This document shows positions 25,174 to 30,043 of a stretch of DNA of 30,043 nucleotides, piece by piece. Position 1 is the stretch's first letter. Each line of letters starts with the position of its first letter. The notes beneath the pieces are model-generated. The model was not told where the DNA came from, made no database searches, and saw only the letters and a program-made list of their open reading frames with translations. The translations under genes were made by a program, and so were the position numbers. Source of the stretch: a virus (lineage: Duplodnaviria > Caudoviricetes); IMG/VR virus record IMGVR_UViG_3300043414_000885, positions 1 through 30,043 of that record, one strand, 5' to 3'.

Positions 25174-25553
25174 ACCACACATGGACAGTGCGCACCTCCA
25201 CCCCCGACGCCTGGCTGATCGCCTACGGCACCACCACCGTCGCCGAACTCATCTGGATCCGAGATCTCACCCACCCAACACTGACCATGGCCCGCGTTCA
25301 GGACGGACTCAACGGCCTCCACCAGGACACACCACCAGCCCAATGGGCACTCGGCCCCGAAACAACCCCTGGCCGCCACGACATCCTCCACGCCGGCGAA
25401 CTCGTCGCCGAGATCGCCTGGACCCGACCCCCAGCAGACCCGCACCGCTGGCTCCACCGAATCATCGAGGGCCTCAACTGGCGCTCATCCGCCGCCGGCC
25501 ACGTCGCCGCAACACTCGCCCCACACACCACGCACAGCCGGGCAGCATCATGA
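25170..25553 (+). CDS. Hypothetical protein with an internally duplicated ~45-aa domain
   Basis: ATG 25170; two copies of W..TP...I...VAE..W.R....P.....R..[DE]GLN. Confidence 0.7.
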   Translation: MNHTWTVRTSTPDAWLIAYGTTTVAELIWIRDLTHPTLTMARVQDGLNGLHQDTPPAQWALGPETTPGRHDILHAGELVAEIAWTRPPADPHRWLHRIIEGLNWRSSAAGHVAATLAPHTTHSRAAS

Positions 25554-26020
25554 CCGACCAGCACACATGCCTCATCGAGTACCACGGCCAGCTAATCCCC
25601 GGCCAGGTCCGCCGCATCTACGCCGACGGACGCGCCGAGGTCGAGTTCCCCGGCGGCGGCTGGCTCATCATCCCACCCTCAATGCGAGTCGAAGACCGCC
25701 ACCGCACCCACGACCGGCCCACCGCCATCGCCGCCGGCCGATCACTCAGCCACAACCGGCTCACCGAGATGCAGCTCCAGGTGCTCCGCTGCCTCAACCA
25801 GGTCGGCATCTACGGCCTGATCGACGACGACTATGAACGCATGTGTGGCCTCCGTGCCGACTCAGCCGGCAAACGCCGCCTCGAACTCGCCCGCAAAGGA
25901 CTCGTCACATCCACCGACGGCCGCCGAATGACAAGACGCGGCGCAATGGCCCAGATCTGGGTCATCACCCGAACCGGCGAAGACGCACTGGCCAACAACA
26001 ACGTCTGGCCAGCCGCATGA
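25550..26020 (+). CDS. Winged-helix DNA-binding protein
   Basis: ATG 25550; Q..VL..L...GL.D.D....SAGKRR.EL.RKGLV...RR.T..G..A.IW, a common phage wHTH pattern; beta-rich N terminus. Confidence 0.72.
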   Translation: MTDQHTCLIEYHGQLIPGQVRRIYADGRAEVEFPGGGWLIIPPSMRVEDRHRTHDRPTAIAAGRSLSHNRLTEMQLQVLRCLNQVGIYGLIDDDYERMCGLRADSAGKRRLELARKGLVTSTDGRRMTRRGAMAQIWVITRTGEDALANNNVWPAA

Positions 26021-26277
26021 CCCCGACCCAATGCCCGACCTGTAACACCGCAGTGATCTGGACCCACACCGTGCTCGGTACCAGGATGTTGGTCGACGCC
26101 GTCGCCCAGTACGGTGCGCTGCTTCGCCTGACCACCGAAGCCGACATCGTGCGAGCCACCCCCGCCGGCCCAGCCATCGACCTGTTCGACCTGGACGACG
26201 ACGGCACCCGGCACCAACTCCACCAGTGCCCACCAGACCGGGTCATCATCGCCCCGACCCGAGGTGCAGCATCATGA
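26017..26277 (+). CDS. Zn-binding hypothetical protein
   Basis: CPTC...IW.....G.RM.VD ... H.CP pattern. Confidence 0.7.
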   Translation: MTPTQCPTCNTAVIWTHTVLGTRMLVDAVAQYGALLRLTTEADIVRATPAGPAIDLFDLDDDGTRHQLHQCPPDRVIIAPTRGAAS

Positions 26278-26534
26278 CCGGGGTATACCGGTCAGGGCTG
26301 ACGCTGACCCCACCCCTCGGGCTCGGCGGACACGCATTCACCCCCACCCGCACGATCAGCGGCCAGTGGACATGCCACCGCTGCCACATCGTGACCCACA
26401 CCGTCACCGCCACCATCACCGCCGGCCGCTGCACCGGGACCGCACGAGCACTCAACCCGGCGGAACCCAATGCCCACAGGTCAACCCAGCTCGACCTCTT
26501 CACCGATTGGCAGGAGGCCCGTCGTGAGCGGTGA
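26274..26534 (+). CDS. Hypothetical protein (CxxC; C-terminal QLDLF)
   Basis: ATG 26274 after GAGGTG SD; WTCHRC; QLDLF near the C terminus. Confidence 0.65.
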   Translation: MTGVYRSGLTLTPPLGLGGHAFTPTRTISGQWTCHRCHIVTHTVTATITAGRCTGTARALNPAEPNAHRSTQLDLFTDWQEARRER

Positions 26535-26757
26535 CTGGCATTGGTTTAGATGGGCGCTCGACGAGCGTGGAAAGCCGTGGGTCATCCACCAGTGCTTGAC
26601 GCTGATGGCGTGGAGACTCCCTCCGCCCTGGACGATGCAGGATGGTCGCCCTTACCCGTCGCTGGATTGTGCTGCTTGTGGCTGCCATGTCTTTGTGACG
26701 GTCGCTGATGAAGTGCCGATGACAGAGGTTGAGGCAGTGTTGGAGGCCCGCAAGTGA
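26524..26757 (+). CDS. Cys/His-rich hypothetical protein
   Basis: GGAGG SD, GTG 26524; HQC...PSLDCAACGCH. Confidence 0.65.
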   Translation: MSGDWHWFRWALDERGKPWVIHQCLTLMAWRLPPPWTMQDGRPYPSLDCAACGCHVFVTVADEVPMTEVEAVLEARK

Positions 26758-27320
26758 GCGGTGACCTGAGTTGGCACTGCAAGCAGATCCCCAACGGCGA
26801 TAATCCGATTGTCGTCTGCGAGCGCGAAACATTGCAGGCCGAGATTGAGCGGCTGACGGCTTGGGCCGTTTTGCAGGACGCGGCCGATGATGAGCACCTG
26901 GCCGAGATCGAGCGGCTGCGGGCCGAGGTAGAGCGGCTGCGGGCTGTGCGTCCCACTCTGTTGCCATCGGCACACGAACTGCTCACCGACGAGATCGACG
27001 AAGACAGCCCCGATAAGAGGACGCTGACACAAGCCGGCAACGAGATCAACCGCCTGAGTGCATGGAAAGCCGAGGCGACCGAAGTGATCGAGCGGTGGGA
27101 GACGCTTGTGCCGTTGTGTGACTCAACGGTTCTCGACTGGCTTGGCAGGCCGAAGGCCGATCAGGTGGCAGCGCACATCGCCACCCAGGCCGCTGAGGTG
27201 GAGTTCTTGCGCTGCGCCCTGGCACAGGCCGCAGGGGTGCTGTCGACGTTGCCACCGTTCGAGCACACTCACCCCGAAGTGGTCATGGCATGGCTCATCG
27301 AGCGGGTCCCTCGTGGATGA
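26754..27320 (+). CDS. Coiled-coil hypothetical protein (AEIERL repeats)
   Basis: GGAGG SD; repeated AE[IV]ERL heptads typical of phage early mosaic genes. Confidence 0.7.
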   Translation: MSGDLSWHCKQIPNGDNPIVVCERETLQAEIERLTAWAVLQDAADDEHLAEIERLRAEVERLRAVRPTLLPSAHELLTDEIDEDSPDKRTLTQAGNEINRLSAWKAEATEVIERWETLVPLCDSTVLDWLGRPKADQVAAHIATQAAEVEFLRCALAQAAGVLSTLPPFEHTHPEVVMAWLIERVPRG

Positions 27321-27594
27321 GCCGGGAGCGCATTGGTCGACGTTCGCCGAGTGTCGTGGCCTCGACACCCGGCTCTTCTTCCCCGAGTTGGGCGATGACA
27401 CCCGGGCTGCGAAAGCAGTCTGTGCGGTATGCCCAGTCCGCGCTGAGTGTCTCGCTGACGCCCTCGAACAAGACGATCACCACGGCATCTGGGGCGGGAC
27501 GTCCGAACGCGAACGCCGCAACATCCGCCGCACCCGTGCCAGGACGCTCACCATCAGGATCCCGCCGCTCCGACAGGACCGCAATGCCATCTAA
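27313..27594 (+). CDS. whiB: WhiB-family transcription factor
   Basis: W...AEC....LFFP...AKAVCAVCPVRAECL..AL....GIWGGTSERERR: four Cys plus the G[IV]WGG turn. Confidence 0.95.
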   Translation: MDEPGAHWSTFAECRGLDTRLFFPELGDDTRAAKAVCAVCPVRAECLADALEQDDHHGIWGGTSERERRNIRRTRARTLTIRIPPLRQDRNAI

Positions 27595-27967
27595 CGCACC
27601 GCCGATCATCATCACGTTCCGTCAGCCATCCCCACTGATGTCGATGAACGACCGCACCCACTGGACCGCTCACGCCCGATCGGTCAAGCGGTGGCGGTCA
27701 GCAGCACGCCTCGCCGGGGCGACCGGTGACACCCCGAGCCGGCCGCTCACCCCATCGACCGTCACGATCACCCTGCCCGTAACCGACCGCCGCCGCCGCG
27801 ACCCTCACAACTACTTCGCGACCGTCAAGCCAATCATCGATGGGCTCGTCGACGCCGGCCTCTGGCCCGACGACACCCCGGCTTGGGTGACCACCACCGA
27901 GCCAGCGCTCCGGATCACCTCGGACCAGACCGTCACCGTCACCATCACCCCCCGGCACACACCATGA
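27584..27967 (+). CDS. rusA: RusA-like Holliday junction resolvase
   Basis: ATG 27584; S.N.R.HW, RRRDPHN...TVKPIIDGLVDAGLWPDD. Confidence 0.85.
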   Translation: MPSNAPPIIITFRQPSPLMSMNDRTHWTAHARSVKRWRSAARLAGATGDTPSRPLTPSTVTITLPVTDRRRRDPHNYFATVKPIIDGLVDAGLWPDDTPAWVTTTEPALRITSDQTVTVTITPRHTP

Positions 27968-28878
27968 CCACACCACGCCCCACACGAGCGACCAACACCA
28001 CCGCACCATCCCACGACGGCCGCCCGATGAAATACGACCACGGGCAACGCGCCGCCTACTGCCTCGATCGGTGCCGGTGCGACGAGTGCCGAGACGCGAA
28101 CACCATCATGCAGCAAGCCGACCGGAACCGCATCGCACCCACGACCGTCGACGCCGACCAGGCCCGCGAACACCTTGCCACGCTGTCAGCTGCCGGGGTC
28201 GGCTTGAAGACCGTCGCCCGCCGGTCCGGCGTGTCACACGGGGCGCTATCGAAGCTGGTCCATGGGACAGCCACAACCGCCCCATCGAAACGGGTCCGGG
28301 CCACCACCATGGCCAAGATCCTGGCCGTCACCCCGGCCGACGCCGCTGCCGGCGCCCGAGTCGATGCCGCCCCGCTCTGGGCGCTGATCCACGACATGGT
28401 CACCGCAGGCGTCCCCCGCCGCCGTATCGCGGAACAGCTCGGCCAGAAAGGCCCGGAGCTGCAGCTCGGCCCCCAAACGATGACCGCCGCGCACTCACGC
28501 CGCATCCGTGAGATCCACGCCGGCTGGATCGCAGGCGAGATCACATTGGCTCGCCGCTCCCGCCATGGTGACACCACCATCACCGCCCCATACCGGCCCA
28601 CGGCGCGGATCTACCGCTCAGAGATCCTGATCCCGCTCGCCGAGCTGCTCGAGGCCAGCAACGACCAGCCGTGGCGTCGTGACGCGGCGTGCCGCGGATG
28701 CGACCCGGAGATCTGGCACCCCGCTCCGGCCGATGCCCGCACGGTCGCAGCAGCAGTCAAGATCTGTCGGGGCTGCACAGCACGACCCCAGTGTCTCGCA
28801 GCCCATCTCGATCAGCCCGACGGCATCTGGGGCGGCCTCACCCCGACCGAACGAGCCCATGCCCGGGCAGCAGCATGA
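27964..28878 (+). CDS. Zn-finger / HTH / WhiB multidomain regulator
   Basis: HG..AY...CRCDECR finger; AREHL..L..AG.G...VARRSGVS HTH; second HTH-like segment; C-terminal WRRDAAC...ICRGC..RPQCL...GIWGGLTPTER WhiB domain. Start 27964 or 28027. Confidence 0.82.
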   Translation: MTTPRPTRATNTTAPSHDGRPMKYDHGQRAAYCLDRCRCDECRDANTIMQQADRNRIAPTTVDADQAREHLATLSAAGVGLKTVARRSGVSHGALSKLVHGTATTAPSKRVRATTMAKILAVTPADAAAGARVDAAPLWALIHDMVTAGVPRRRIAEQLGQKGPELQLGPQTMTAAHSRRIREIHAGWIAGEITLARRSRHGDTTITAPYRPTARIYRSEILIPLAELLEASNDQPWRRDAACRGCDPEIWHPAPADARTVAAAVKICRGCTARPQCLAAHLDQPDGIWGGLTPTERAHARAAA

Positions 28879-29714
28879 CCTGGGTGAAGCTCGACGACAA
28901 GCTGACCACCCACCCGAAATGGGTGGGGCTGTCGCTGCAGTCGAAATCACTCTGGTTCCACACCGCTGTCTGGGCCGGGGCCCACAACACCGACGGCCAG
29001 ATCCCTGACCACGTCCTGCCTCTCCTCGGGTTCCAGTCATCGCTGACCGCGGCCGAGGTCCAGCCCGCCATCGATGGTCTGATCCGTGCCCGCATGTGGC
29101 GGCGGGTCGCGAAGAGCCGCGGCGGTGGATGCGAGATCTGCAACTGGCTGGACTATCAGCCGTCCAAGGTCCAGGTCCAAGCGAAGCACGAGGCAGACGA
29201 CAACAAGGCCGAACGCAAACGCCTCCACGACTGGCTCCACAAATCACCGATCGGGCGACGGGTCAAGGATCGCATCGTGGACCGCGATGGATTGTGGTGC
29301 CGCTACTGCGGAGAGATGTGCGTCGTGTCCGGCGACCGCCGGTCACCAGCGCGACGCACGTTCGACCTCATCGACCCGGCCTCTGTGTGGGACCGCTCCG
29401 GAACTCCGCTCGCCTCCATCGAGATCGAACGCATCGCAGAACTGTGGGTCACAGCGTGCGGATGGTGCAACGCGCTCAAGAGTTCGCGCACACCCGATGA
29501 AGCAGACATGCGCATCATCCCAGGTCGCAGGCATTCTCCGATCTGCCGCGATCTGCCGCGATCTGCCGCGAACGGTTCGCGAGCCGTTCGCGACCCCGGG
29601 TCGGACCTGGTCGGACCTGATCGGGTCGGGCCTGAGTCGGGTCAGGCCGGGAGCGGGTCAGGTCAGTTCGGGCAGGGCCAGGCACGGCACAGCTCACATC
29701 TGGTCGACCTATGA
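28875..29714 (+). CDS. Replication initiator-like protein fused to a degenerate HNH domain
   Basis: MTWVKLDD....HPK...LW......TDG.IP...W.DYQPS actinophage Rep-type N domain; RDG..CRYCG...ACGWCN..K..RTP.EA.M HNH-type Zn scaffold. Confidence 0.75.
   Translation: MTWVKLDDKLTTHPKWVGLSLQSKSLWFHTAVWAGAHNTDGQIPDHVLPLLGFQSSLTAAEVQPAIDGLIRARMWRRVAKSRGGGCEICNWLDYQPSKVQVQAKHEADDNKAERKRLHDWLHKSPIGRRVKDRIVDRDGLWCRYCGEMCVVSGDRRSPARRTFDLIDPASVWDRSGTPLASIEIERIAELWVTACGWCNALKSSRTPDEADMRIIPGRRHSPICRDLPRSAANGSRAVRDPGSDLVGPDRVGPESGQAGSGSGQFGQGQARHSSHLVDL
29539..29668. repeat. Repeat cluster in the 3' end of the rep-like gene (candidate origin)
   Basis: CGATCTGCCG x3 in tandem from 29539, CGCGAAC/GTTCGCG inverted repeats, then multiple GGTC[GA]G units. 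Confidence 0.6.
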
Positions 29715-29736
29715 AACCCATCACCCTGGAGGAAGC

Positions 29737-30043
29737 ATGAACCCCGCTGTCGAGATCGAGCGGTTGTCGCAATGGTTGGTGGATGCTGCTGCTGATGCGC
29801 ACCGGGCAGTGCGCAACATGCGCGAGGCCGGTCCCGGGTTCCCATCGTCGACCCCGGGATCAGGTTCGGTCGGCGGTGGCGGTGGCGGCGGTGGCATCGA
29901 CTCAATCACCGAACGGCTGGCGTTGTCCGGCGAGGTGACCTGTGATGACGCGGTGGTCGATCTCGCCGAGATCCAACGGCTCGTGAACGAGCTGCGGCCG
30001 CGTGTCGATCGGTTACGGACCGTCACATCGCGCTGGGGTTATG
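29737..30043 (+). CDS. Hypothetical protein, truncated by the window end
   Basis: GGAGG SD, ATG 29737; MNPAVEIERLSQWLVDAAADAHRAVRNMREAGPGFPSSTPGSGSVGGGGGGGGIDSITERLAL..., open to the edge. Not in the ORF track because it has no stop. Confidence 0.75.
   Translation, partial: MNPAVEIERLSQWLVDAAADAHRAVRNMREAGPGFPSSTPGSGSVGGGGGGGGIDSITERLALSGEVTCDDAVVDLAEIQRLVNELRPRVDRLRTVTSRWGY

Overview
The window is most of a temperate, high-GC, lambda/HK97-style siphovirus genome infecting an Actinomycetota host (two WhiB domains, actinophage-type holin, leaderless-type promoters; no LysB is seen, which argues weakly against a mycolic-acid host). The order is: repeated motifs at the left end; terS-terL-portal-MuF-scaffold-Prp-like protease-major capsid; head-tail genes; tail tube; tail chaperone with a -1 frameshift; tape measure; Dit and minor tail genes; endolysin and holin; an orphan structural-looking gene; an intact attP carrying the 3' half of tRNA-Val(CAC) with arm repeats; tyrosine integrase; a putative toxin-antitoxin pair; an ImmA/ImmR-like immunity module divergent from cro and xis; then an early operon (lytic transglycosylase, WhiB, RusA, Zn-finger/HTH/WhiB fusion, Rep-HNH fusion) that runs off the right edge. 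An internal attP indicates the non-integrated form. The most notable observation is a candidate virion-maturation system. A minimal 62-aa Prp-type cysteine protease sits between scaffold and capsid, and the scaffold, major capsid AND major tail tube all start with a short leader ending in the same T-x-[VI]-x-x-[STC]-[FLM]-x-R-H motif. All calls come from motif recognition and synteny; no database searches were run.
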